Positions 33,631 through 45,869 of a DNA stretch of 64,000 nt are shown in pieces. Made by a program: the position numbers and the translations under genes. The number at the start of each line of letters is the position of its first letter. The first letter of the stretch is position 1. Source of the DNA: Rhizodiscina lignyota (lineage: Eukaryota); the NCBI GenBank assembly GCA_010015805.1, contig ML978147.1:62001-126000 (forward strand), in the 5' to 3' direction. The notes beneath the pieces are model-generated. The model was not told the DNA's origin and did no database searches. It saw only the letters and a program-made list of their open reading frames with translations.

Positions 33631-36600
33631 ATGGCATCCTATAAATCACACAGTAATACAACAAAACCTCCCAGGGCAGAGGTTCCGGACCCGGTACCTC
33701 AGAGGACAACTTCTACAACTCGACTACCAACCCGAAGGAACGTCCCAATTCAGCCCCAGTCGAACCCCCCACTACATCACTCACCCTCGAAGCTTACGAA
33801 GAAGCGGCCTGGTCAGAGCGCTGAAAATGCAACCGCATCTCGAGGAGCACACACACAGAAGGGTGGAATACCGAGAGCAGCAACGAGCAAGGATGGACGG
33901 AAGCAGACGACGACGGCAGCCGTCATAACAGCATCGGAAAGCATACAACCTAAATCCATGCTGCCTTCAACAACCTCTCGCATCGCACGGTTTGATACAA
34001 ATAATGCACGGACTCCGTCACTTGTCTCCGGCTCATCTGGTTCCACTGTTGACAGCCCAAAGTCAAATGTTCTGCGAAGAAAGCCATCCAACATAGGCAG
34101 AAGCGCTTCAAGAATTCGAAAGGAGTCGTTGGAGTCGCACGAAGACACGGCAGTTATGGAGACTCTGAACGCGTTGGGTGACCCATACCCAGATTCTGTT
34201 CTCGGAATAGCCATGCCGCCAACTTCCATGAATATGTCTCGGGACGCCATCTTTGCCTCAGAGCCGTTTAATGCTGCCGGAGATTATATTCCCCCCACAT
34301 TGGCAACCATAGATTTGCCACCTCCGACGCCACTATATACGCTTTCCGCCACACCTTCAACTGGATACTCAGGTTCTCCTGGACCGTTCAGTATTGCTTC
34401 CACACCGACTTCGATGTCATCCTTCTCTCCTGGTACTACGGTCACTTCAAAGGGGACTTCTCGCATAGTGCAGTCAAGCCCAACCAGAAGTCGCCCACCT
34501 GTCACGAGACGCAGGACAAGTGATGCAGATGAGAAGACCTTGTCATGCGTCCGCGAATCATCTTCCTCGTCATCTGCATCAACTGTCCAAAATGGAGAAA
34601 GTTCGCGGAGGAGAGAAAAGGTACGGATAGATCTGTTACCAGTGCCTCCTCCCAGCCCTCCCACTCGGCCGAGGACAAGCTACGATCGGAAAGCCGAGAC
34701 CGTTGCCGTAAACGTCCGGCCCAACACCGCAGTGCCACCTCCAGAGCTTGCGCATTTGATGGATGCGAGACCGCTCCAGAAGTCACCAATCACGGCAAGG
34801 CCAGTCAGGCCAAGCCGAGAAGGCACACCAGATTTTATTGGTCTGCGTGACCCTTCTCCAATTATTCATAGCAACATGTCTAGCCTACCTCCGAGCTTCC
34901 ACAGACGGCAAACATCATCAGAGTCTCGCGGTACAGGCAATTCGTCCACGCCCGTATCTTCGAGCAGAAGTCGCCCCCCACCTCCATCAAAACTACCTTC
35001 TCGCAATCCTTCTCCCAGCCCAAGTCAGCTCTCTGCCTTTTCGCCTACATCGCGTACGCCAGTCACGAGGGGAACAACACCCGACATACCAAGCGACACT
35101 GAAAAGAGACTCAAGGCAAATGGTTTCCTCCCTCCAAGTCCAGGCAAGTCTAGCTCTAGCTCTAGCTCTCGCTTTGGCTTCTTTAGGAGGAAGACAGATC
35201 CTGCGCCAGTGGCACCTGCTCCAGAGAAGAAATTGCGGAAAGGTCCTGCAGCAGGGACGGGCCATGAGGGCTATGGCAAGTACGGAGGCACCCGAGGACG
35301 AAGTGGTAGCACCACGAGTGGAACGAGTAGTAGTGGCAGGTCTCCTAGCGCAGACAGCGAGAGTGGTGGTGCTCAGCGGCCGAGTTCTAGACGAAAAGGC
35401 AGCGTTGGAAGCAAAGGAACGCCTGAGGTGGACAAGTTCTTCCAGGAACGGCTCGAGCCCGTTACTCTTCGGGGGGAAGGTGCTGCAAGCCTAGAGGGCC
35501 GTCCTGGCATTGAGAGATCAAGAAGCGAGCCTTTTGATCCACGTTCGCCAGAGCAGCAGCAGGAGCATGAAGCAAATGGTGCTGCGATGACCAGGTCCGT
35601 GGCCATCCCAACAACGCAGCAACAGCTTCCTATTCTTCAACCTTCCGTGAGTCAGCATAGTACAAAGAGCCAGGAGCCAGTCAAGCGTGACCAGAATGCT
35701 CAATCCCCTCAGCAAAGCTCGGGTCGATTTGGATTTAAGTCTTTGGGTGGTCGTCGACTATCAAGGATGTCCTTGAATCTGGAAGGCAAAGCCACACCCA
35801 CTTCGACATCATCGACCAATGTTTCTTCTGTGGCTCCATCTCCTCCAATCGGGAGCTCCAAGACCTGGCAGACCTCCACGTCGTCAGATAGCTCCATGAG
35901 GGTTGAACCCACGCCCAGAAGTGCCACGCAGCCGGTACCGAAACCGCAGGGGAAGCTATCTCGCAAATGGAACTTCTTCCAGAGAGCACACACTTCACCA
36001 AAGAAGGAGGAAGTTGCGCCTGAGCCTGAAGTAGTTCCCGCTCTTCAGTATCAGCCTTCCACTCGATCGATGGCCCACTACGCCATCATGGATGGAAGTG
36101 CAAAGGTCGATATCGAAGAACTCGAAATGATAATGCAGGAAGCAAACGAGTCTCCTGACGAACTAGAACTTGAGCAAGAATCCCAAATGGAGCCTCAGCA
36201 ATTCGAGCAAGCCATAGAAGACATGGATGCTGACCCTGGTATTGAACTGCTTCCTGAGGATGATGCCGATGTCGATCCAGACATTTCTCTACTCCCTGAA
36301 GAACCACTGGAATATGAAGAACTCGAAGATTTGCCGGTGTCAAGGCCACCACATGGTCACTCGCTACTCCTTCCAGAAAGGCCATTCTTACCACCAGCCT
36401 TTGAGCAAGAGACTCGATCTGCTTCTCCTATCGTCCAGCTGAGAAGAGAATCACCAGACCGTTATGTTTTACCGCAAGCTGAGGACGTCAGTCCCATTCT
36501 TTCCACTGTGCTGGATTCTCCTGAACAACTTGAGCGAAAGCAAACCTCTCCTCTGGTCCCAATGCCGCCTCAGCGTCCTCCCAGGCTGCAACAAGTTGGT

Positions 36601-38727
36601 CGGATACCTCATGTGAAGCGAGATCGAGAGCGAAAGCTGTCCGTCCATTCCTTCTCTCGTCCCTTCGGAAATGAGGGCTCTCCAGCCCTCCAGCAACAAT
36701 CAACACCTCCGATCGGATCGGATTCCCCGGAGCTAGAAGAGCAGTCTCCAGAACAACCCCCGCCGCTAAATGACATGGTTGCGCAATTGCGCATTCCATC
36801 GTTCACCGAAGATGTTGATGGAATCGACCTAAAACGTATATCCATGCAGACGACCACCACTATTGACCCCACAGCGATGGACGGGACCAATGAATTTCTA
36901 TCATTTCCACCTCGTCATGACTCTGACATGTCGGCTTCAACCAGTTCTGGACATCCAAGTTTCGGGACCATGCTCGTTACTGCTCCTCCTGTTGCGCACC
37001 CGCATCCGATGGAAGATGAAATTTGGGGAGAGTATGATGATTTGATTGATGATGTCTTGTCGCCCCGGATGAGCGCGGATATGAAGGCCGTTCGCCCTCA
37101 GCGTCCGTCGCTTGGAGCACCATTCCAATATCCTACAATAGCTCCACCCACTCTACAGGGCAACCGACAACTACCTCCTCTCCCCCTCCACCCTTCTCAA
37201 TATCGTCGGCCCAGCAATGCGACAGTTTCCTCAGGAGGGCACGACAGTACCGGTGGCCGCTTCCTGCCTAGCTTGCCAGGTCCAAACTCGCCTTATTCAA
37301 TATCTGAGTTTCTGTCTGCATATGGCGATCGCAGCCTTAGCATGGCGACCATCGGCACTACAAATAATCGTATGAGCGTGCCTCAAGCGGTACGCAATAG
37401 CAATGGATCGAATCGCATAAGCTATCCCTCCTCGGTCCGCCGAAGCTCTCAGCCATCGTCTTCGCAGCCAACGACGGAATCGCAAACAGCGACTTCACGG
37501 CCGACTACTATGTCGTCCTCGCCGTCGATATCGCCGAACCGAAATCAGTTCAACAGATTGACACCACCAACTGTCCTGGAGAATGCTGAGTCGGAAGACA
37601 AGGGCGACGCAGGCGCTCTGGTTGATGAAGATACCGGACTCGAATCGATGGCAAACTTGAGATTCGGTGCGCTGATGACGAGTAAATGGCTCTCATTCGG
37701 CCGTGTGCTCTTTAGCCCTGCGCACTTTGAGCTAAAGGATCCAAAGGAAGACAGGGTGCTGATCATTGATGGACTTGGCAAAGGTGACTAGAATCATACA
37801 ATTGCAAAGGCATGAACGAGTGCAAGTCGACTAACACGTGCCACAGATTGGTCCTACTACGTTGCTCTGACTTACCCTCAAGCCGCGGTGTATAGTCTCG
37901 GACCAGACCCATCAGCTTTTCCTTCAACCAGCCCGAGTGCTTCTAATGGACCCTTCCAATCAATGCCGAATCATCGTCATATCCACCATCCCATGCTAAC
38001 TGCACCGTTCCCATTCCCCAAGGGCTTCTTTGCCGCAGTTATTTTCCGCTTCCCAGCTGTGGGCCCAGAATCTGCGTACCGCACGGCTCTGAGCGAGTGC
38101 AAGCGTGTACTACGACCAGGTGGCTACCTGGAGATCAGCGTTCTAGATATGGACCTCGTGAATATGGGTAACTGTGCGCGGAAGGCGGTGCGAGGCTTGA
38201 AGATGAAGATGGCGGAGCGCAATCCTGAGCTGTGCCTACGACCGGTTAGCGACGTACTCATGAAACTTTTAGGACGACGAGGCTTCGAAGGCATGCAGCG
38301 ATGCATCGTCGGCGTCCCGGCGGCAGGACCGGTGAGAAACAGTAGCGACATGGATGGAGCCCCCGTCCCGCAGGTGCTCTCGGTGGACCAAGGCGCAAAC
38401 GACAATCTCCAGGCTCAGCAAGGCGAAGTACAGCCAAAGACGGCCTTTTCCTTCACGCAACTGATGTCCGATCAGGACAACGTTGCAGACTCGAGCAACA
38501 TCACACGGATGGTCGCACGCGTCGGCCGCTGGTGGTACGAGCGGTGCTACGAATCTTCCATCCTAGCGGCCGACAATACCGTTGGAGCTCCTGCAAGCAG
38601 CACCACTAGCATCTGGCGCGATCAAGCACTTCTCAACGAGTGCGAGAAACGGGGAACCACATTCCGTCTGCTGATCTGTTATGCGCAGAAGCCCACCGTC
38701 GCAGTGAGGCGAACTGTCAGTGTCTGA
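33631..38727 (+). CDS. Large (about 1677 aa) Ser/Pro-rich protein with a C-terminal class I methyltransferase-like domain
   Basis: Exons 33631-37783 and 37847-38727. Conserved islands RKGPAAGTGHEGYGKY, RFGALMTSKWLSFGRVLFSPAH, DRVLIIDGLGK|DWS, FPFPKGFF..VI.RFP, ECKRVLRPGGYLE and RRTVSV terminus. The exact start is uncertain. Confidence 0.85.
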
Positions 38728-40370
38728 GACGAGGCGATGAATGAAGTGTACGTGAGAACTACAGTCTCACCAACCTACGCGAGCTTGTGGCGAACGAGAC
38801 CGAATGCGTGGGGGATGGGCGAGATGAACATGCTGCTCCCCTCAAAACCGGGGAGACAGCGAAATGGCTCACATGACATCTGCGAGGGGCGGCCAGAAGG
38901 GCATGGCCTCCGCAAGCGAGAGAACTACTATGTTCTCTATGGTCATGATGACAAGCGCGACGCAGACCTGTCTGATATAGGCTGGGATCTGGGATCCCTG
39001 TCCGACACTGGCTCTGCGGTCTTACGTTCGATTTTAATGTGTTACTGTGTAACGGCCTTTTTGATCGACTCTATTGTTTTCTCTTATCTGCTTCCTATGT
39101 CGGGGCGGTGCCATACACGGATACATCTCTTTCGCCGTTCATTTGCTGCGTTTTAGCGAGTCAATCATTCCGTTGTTTTTAAAGTTTTCCACATACATAC
39201 CCCCTGGACCTGGACACCGGCCCGGGCCTTGCGAGTCTCTCTCTCCCTCTTTTTGAAACTTTAGTCTTGTCGTGCATGGCGGAACGAGGTTGTTGGACGT
39301 TGGGATGTTTCTCTCTCTATTGCATAGCGTCGGTCGGGTAGCTGGCAGCGAAAGACAAAACGGAAAATAGTCCGGGCGCGAGCTCTTGGAACTTTCCTCA
39401 TCATGGGCCGCGAGGCCCGCCTTCCCTTGTCCTCTTATTCTCTCTTGCTTGGTCTATAATGGGGCTGTGTTCGGATGCTATACGCGTTGGGCAGTGGGCA
39501 CGACGGGCAGCCCGGTGGGCGGGTTTGCGGCAAGGCATGCGGCGTGTGATTGCGGGGCATGGCAGAGCAATGGGCGGAATTGTGGTCGTTTCTATACCCT
39601 GTATGTTGATGTTGATGTGTAATTGGGGCTCCTCAAGGGCCATGCTGAGGTAGATAACATGGGGAAGAAGCGGAATTCAACTCAGTCCTTGTCCCTTATT
39701 ACCGAGTCTGGCGTCTGGTGCCTCGTGCCTCGTGTCTCGAGACTCCGATTCCAAGGCGTCATCCCTGCTCGCAACGTGGGTTCCCTCGCTTTAAGGACCA
39801 GGCTCCTGTTAAAAGAAGGGCCTGAGCGGCCGAATCTGGGGATGGGCCGCCTCATTTTTTTCAACGGTCACCCGATCTGCGCCTTTCGCCGCAAGCGAGA
39901 CAACTTTATCTCTACGTGCATTGTCGAGTGCACGCTTGAGTCTCCGATGCACAATGACTGCAGAAGAAATGCGGATTCCCATACGTATATTCGTATTCCC
40001 CATAAAGGCGGTGCCGAGAGTAGAAAATTTTCATCACACTAGAATTCAAGGGGATTGGAAAGCAGTTGAGACTCGTAGTACAAGCTCTGCATACTGCAAG
40101 TGGGAGACTCATTGCATGATCTCGCTAAGTTGAAGGTGCCATTCGTTGCGGTTGAACCGCTGCCAAGTAATGCATGTACGCAGACAAGAAAGCCTCCTCG
40201 ATTGCAGCTGTCGTACTCTAACAGCTTGACTTACAATGGTACGTTGGTCTATTCAGACCAATCATACCGATCCCACCACCCACAGTCGGGCCGTCGGCCC
40301 AGCATCTAGGTATCTCCAGTGCGTGTGATTGGAAAAGGGACTACAATATATCCCTAGCGTTGAGTCGAAC

Positions 40371-41460
40371 TCACTCCAGCCGCTCAATGGCAAATGTTGT
40401 CCTCCCAACACCCTCACCGCCAAACGTAGGCGCGTCCTTCAACCACGACGGCACGTCGTACCAAGCCTGCACTTTCCACCTCGTCCCTGTCCGTCTTCCA
40501 ACCTCTTCCCACATCTTCGTCAAGCTTGCTTCATCATGCTGATACATAACCCACTTGAGCTCCGACCCACTATCCTTACTCTGCCGTATCACCTCCCTCG
40601 CCGGCGTCGCACCAATCTGCCATCCCACCAGCACACTCCCTGGAACAGGCTTTAGCAGTTTGGAAGCGGCGACGCTGGCCTCGAGCTGCTGATCCCAGCC
40701 CCAGAGGTGGAAGAACAGTGCCGCCCAGACGATGTCAAAGGTGCCTTGGGCATTCTTGCTGAATTCATCTGCAGGGTTCAGGACATCGTGGGTAATGAAG
40801 GTCGCCTGTAGCGTGTCTTGATCGCGGAAGTACTCATATCCGCACTTGATCAAGCTGGGCGAGAGGTCTGCGCCGCTCAGAGCGGAGGTGGGAACACCAT
40901 CGAGGGCAAGCTGTCGGAGATTCTGGCCGAAGCCGCAGCCCAGGTCGAGCAGCGTGGTACCCGGCACGGATTTCAAGTGTGAGAGGATGTACGCGTAGTG
41001 AGGATGGTTCTGGATTGAAGGCGAAGTGAAGCCAAGCAGGCCAATGCAGCCGTATGGAGCAATATCCCAGGCTTTGTCGCGCTGTGATGCCCAGTCAGAT
41101 TGCTATCGTGAACAGGATGCATCCCATCCCAAGGAGTGCATGATATGCGCATGTATGCCGGCGCGGAAGATGCCGCAGTGGATATGAACAGGAGCAATCA
41201 AGCAAGGGGATTCTCGATTCAAAAACAGAAGGCGAGATAGAAGAACGCACCAGGGCTAGGGCATGCGGAAGCACGTCGCTCGGCGGTATGCCGCTGTACT
41301 GCTCCAGCAGCTGTCGGGCAGCGGGCGTTAGATCTGTGACATCAGTCTTCCACATCGGGCCATCGCGAGACCTTTTTCCGCGAAACCATTCTGGCCGCTC
41401 CTTCTCCGAATGCGTATTCCCTGCCTGCTCCAAGCTCTTATGATCTGCCAACGCTGCCAT
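40371..41460 (-). CDS. SAM-dependent methyltransferase (secondary-metabolism type, AusD-like), 306 aa
   Basis: Exons 41460-41251 and 41081-40371. LLEQYSGIP...V..H...|RDKAW..PY.CIG, LLDLGCGFGQ.LR.L..DG, FFHLW.W..Q and HDE.S...MWEEVG..TGT.W. Confidence 0.9.
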
Positions 41461-42909
41461 TTCTCGCGAGTTTAAACTTTAATCGCGCTGACGGGAATCA
41501 TCGTGGAGAAAAGGAAAGAGAGGCTAAATGGAAAGGACGGGGTACGGAAGGATGGGCTGATCCTAGGATTCAGGTAGCAGATACCCGTCTGGGCAGATTG
41601 GGAATCATATAACCAGAGGTATGTCTTGACACGGCCTGTTACTCTTCCTCAAACGCACTGAAGCATCGATCTACGGCAAAGTTGGAGAAGGTCAGAAGCG
41701 AAAATGCGTTCGGACGGTGACTCAAGCATCGTCACACGCCGCGCTGGAACGGTCGAAGCGAAGTCCGTTTGGGGCGAGGCAGCAGAGCTATTCCCGCTTG
41801 ACGGACCGACTCTTCTCAGGGAGTCAGGGAGACCGGGGAAGGATGCGCTTCCTTGAAACCGCGGCCATTACCGAACGATGCTAGTTGCGAGAGGCAACGC
41901 GTCAAGGCGCGCGCCGCTGAACGCACCTTACATAGCTATACTCGCTGCCGGGCATGATTTGAGGTTGGCAGAATGCAAAAGGGTAAGCGAAGCTGCTGGC
42001 TAACTGCCGATCTGCGCGCTCGTCGCCATGGACTCGCTAAGAGCAGCTTCGCGTTCGGCTGTAAGCTGACGCAGGACGAATGGCACGAGGAGAGAGGGCA
42101 GCAGCGCGTTGAGCAGTTGAGCTAGTAGGCGAAGCGTTTGAGAGAAATTGAAGCTGGACGGCGCACGAATGGGGCGCGTGCGGCTTGGGCGGAAGCTGCC
42201 ACGAGGATCGCCGACGCGCGTGTTAAGCGAGCTCAGCCCTGCCGAAGCGAGCAGGATGCCTTTAACTTACGAACGGCAGCACACTGGAGATCGCGGGCGC
42301 GGTGGAGGATTTGCATTCCAGATGACGCCGGCCGGGAGAGGGCCAAGCGAGCTCTTCACGCCGATGATGTGCGGAAATAAGATGGCGTGACATGGCAGAT
42401 CCACCATTCGATCCCACGCAAGGGGCCGCGCAGCACAGGAGCGTGGTTGTGCGCGGGCTGGCGACACCCAAGATGGCAGTTCGGTAGGCGGAGTGCCACA
42501 CCCCTGTGCCCGATCAAACGGTCTTGCGTCTCACCCACACAGATGATGGATCTCACATCCAAACAGTCGACGCCCTTCTAGAACAACTGCATGACACAGT
42601 GGTATGCGTCGCCGTGCAAAGACGGTCGTCTGTCGTCTGCATTGCTAATCGCTGCATCTATCCTGCCCGCCTCCAGGCCATGTACGTACTACTCAGCCTT
42701 GGATATGATCTCGCATTCACCGATCCACCATCACGCCCTGCCGGGAATAGCGCAGAGGCATAATGCATGCTTCCTTCCACGAAGCTTCTAGCGCCCGCCG
42801 CCGTCCTTGTTTCACCTCGCGTGCTCGTTTATTTTCCATCCTGCAGCGCTGCTCACCTCCACCACCACCACACCTCCCACCCGCTCATCTCTCCTGCCTG
42901 CCGCGGCCT

Positions 42910-43829
42910 CTACCGCCTGTCGGCCACTCTGTCCGCGTCGTAGAAGCGCTCGCCTCCCTGCCGGATGCCACCCCTGACATCATCGTTTCCGGGAGCTTCC
43001 TCGGCGTACATGCGCGCCTTGTCCTCTGGCCCGCCCGCGCCCTCGAAATCGCGCGCCTTCGTTGGCCTGCGGCGTTCCAATATTAGCAACCGTTCGCATC
43101 GACACGCCCACGCCGCTAGGGGAATTTGGCGTGGCCCGGCGCCCAGGCCCGCGTATGCAGGTGCAACTCACCGTCCGGTAGTGGGGTTGATGTCTCCGCC
43201 CTCCTCCACTGGAATCTCGCGGTTGTCTCCTGCGCCCGATGCAGCAGACCCGTATTTCACATCCGCTCCAGGGAACTTGTTCTGGACGTACTCATTGACG
43301 CCCGATTCGTTGGCTGCCATCGGGGACCAGCGGTCAGCTAATGTTTGATGTTGGCGAGGCAGGCTAGCCATTACGGCTTTGCAGCTCCAGAAGACGAATT
43401 GGAAGACGACGAGCTGGATGAGGATGAGGATTGAGACCCCGAAGACGAAGAACCTGAAGAGCTCGATGGGCTAGACCCGGCAGAGCCTGAATCTTTGTCT
43501 TTGTCTTTGTCTGAGTCTTTCGAAGGGTGCAGATACGCCCATGCAACATCCATTGTAACTCGTGAACGCCGAAATGATATTGCCCCTTGCAATTGACCGA
43601 GAGTAAGACTGAACGGAATTGAAAGCAGAGAAGAAAGACAAGAAAGACGTGCAGAAGCGTCTGACAACAGCGAGCAATGGGCAGTATATATCTACATACC
43701 AGAGTCGCTGACAGCATTCCTATTCTTCGTCCCACTTAAGTGACCTTGTTTCGCATCATACGAGTTGAGGTCACGCTCCGCCTGCTTCGCCAACACAAGG
43801 GGGTCCTGGCCTTGATAGTCCGCCGACAT
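42910..43829 (-). CDS. Small hydrophilic fungal protein (hydrophilin-like), 142 aa
   Basis: Exons 43829-43700, 43313-43172, 43066-42910, all with canonical GT/branch/AG signals. DPL.LAKQAERDLNS..AK.GH, ESGV.E....KFPG..V.YGSAASGAGDNREIP.EEGG and DFEG.GGPEDK. TATATAA at 44008-44002. Confidence 0.85.
43371..43553 (-). CDS. Intron-nested small ORF, 60 aa, Ser-rich (MDVAWAYLHPSKDSDKDKDKDSGSAG...GAAKP)
   Basis: Lies wholly inside intron 43699-43314 on the same strand. ACAATGG start context. The Ser run uses mixed TCT/TCC/TCA/TCG/AGC codons. Confidence 0.55.
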   Translation of the reverse strand: MDVAWAYLHPSKDSDKDKDKDSGSAGSSPSSSSGSSSSGSQSSSSSSSSSSNSSSGAAKP

Positions 43830-45869
43830 GTTGTAGGGGGGCTTCTTCGGGGACGGACGGTGTCCTTGGAAAGTTTATATGATATAAGACGTAGGTTTGG
43901 TAGAAGCGACGCTTAGGTAACGTGCAGTAAGTGTCACCGAGTGTGAGAAATGCTGGGTGCTGAGTGGATCGAGCAGGGTGAAAAGCAACTTAACATTTCC
44001 CTTATATATGGAAGGACTTTGGTTTTGTGGCGACGTGATGTAATGAAGACGTTATCGTAGCGAGGTTGTGCGATCCACGCCATGGACTAACAAAACTGTC
44101 CCACAGTATGCAGATCTCCCCCTGATCTATGTATGTAAAAGAAAGCCTTCAACTATGCTATCTCGATCGCGCTTTTCTGAGCAGATAGGTGTCTCGGACT
44201 CGACTGTACGTCTAGCGCATCGGCCTAATGGGCGCGGGGTGAATGGCAGTGGAGCAGTCCATGGTTTTGGCCGAAGTGATGCTTCAAGCATGCATCCGCC
44301 CGCTATGCCCACGCGCGAGCCTCACTCCAATGTTTCACGGAAACCCTACCACTCTCCCGCGCTCGCCGGCCGGGAGCTCAATGCGAAGCATCTCGAAGGA
44401 ATGTAATCCTCAGGCCCTGCGAGCAAGCGATGTGGCCAGGCGTGAGAGAGGTTCCTTGCAACCGGTTATGACTGGCCCCAGGCTTGATGCCCAACTGCTC
44501 TTGGGTGTGACAGTGATTAATCGTCAAGCTCAAGGAGCAAAGGCGTTCATGCAAGCATTCTACAGAGGCCGCAGGATGGCCCTGAACGGTAGATAAAGCG
44601 CCATAAGGCGTCCCCGTCGAGCCCTATTCGACCGATGCTGGATGGCGCTTTAACTGCCTTGGTGTTGATATACAGACCCGAGCACCATCATTCCCTTCTC
44701 AGACATCAGAAAAAGATTATTCGCGCGGCCTTTTGTCAACTGTGGCAAAATGTTCATGCCGTCTGACAGTGTCGTACGACATAGATGCCTAAAGTTCCAC
44801 GGAAGACACAGCAACTGCCAAATAGGTCAAGAGACAATGAGATCTATATCGAGGATGGAGTATGATGTCTGAAACTCAAATAGGCGCCTCTAAACTATCC
44901 GTTCCCTATTCGCAAATTGGAGAATTCATCTCGAGTTTCTCCAGTTAAATGCTCTTCAGCGACGTACGATGCTCGTGAGCACGCCTACTTTGAGGTCGTT
45001 GCGGAGGCAAAGGGGTTCAAGCATGAACGTTGAAGACACTTCCTTGTTGCGCGCACCAGCCCGATCAACGCATGTGCCAACGGCCAGAGCGTCGTTATTC
45101 CCGTTGCAAGATTTCTGCAAAGTATGACACCGGCGTGTTACGCGATCAGTCCGACGAGGTCATACAGTCTTACATTCAAAGGCTGTGCAGTGGTTTCGTC
45201 TATAGTGTCAAGTACGAGAACAGGAATACCGGCGTGCAAAGAGTTGCAACGGCTCTTCCATCTCGATGTGCTCGAGCACACGGTCCAGGAACAGGGCGTA
45301 TGCGAACGGCATGATCGATGCGCTTATCGCCGCTACCGAAGAACATCGCCGTTGCGGAGCCGCAGTGCACGCTCATCGTCCAAGGAATCGAAACTCTAGC
45401 TCTTGCTAGCGGTATGCATTAGCGCCAGCGGCACAACGGGCTCGAGACATCCGCCGGCAGGAAGCATAAATGCATCTACATCTACTCAGCGCTATACATT
45501 TTCCCGGGAGTCATACGCGTCTCATGAACAGGCCGAGAGGCTCGAGTGTTCGGGGAGAAAGATGATGACAGAGAGGTAAGGAGATCAGATTTTCTCTTTC
45601 TAAGTAACACTTCCGTATACACCATCCGTCAAAGTGCATTAACCCGTTTTTGAAAGGTCCGAAGTTCCATCGAGGAAGGAGAAGTGAGAACTAAAATCGA
45701 CAGCACCACCGGAGCGAATCCAAGTTTCATAGCGCAGGCTTTGGGGCAACGCGTGGTCACCGTACTGCCCTGAAATCCCATTCCTCATATCTTATCCGTT
45801 ACTGTACCTTGATACTCATTTCGGTATCATCATATACACCAGTATGGAAGCTCATCCACGTTAACCACC

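Noticed and set aside
35149..35169. (TCTAGC)n hexamer repeat
   Set aside because: It is an ordinary coding microsatellite for a poly-Ser run.
43381..43520. Acidic Glu/Asp-rich reading on the plus strand
   Set aside because: It is interrupted by TGA and has no in-frame ATG. It is the complement of the Ser-rich nested ORF.
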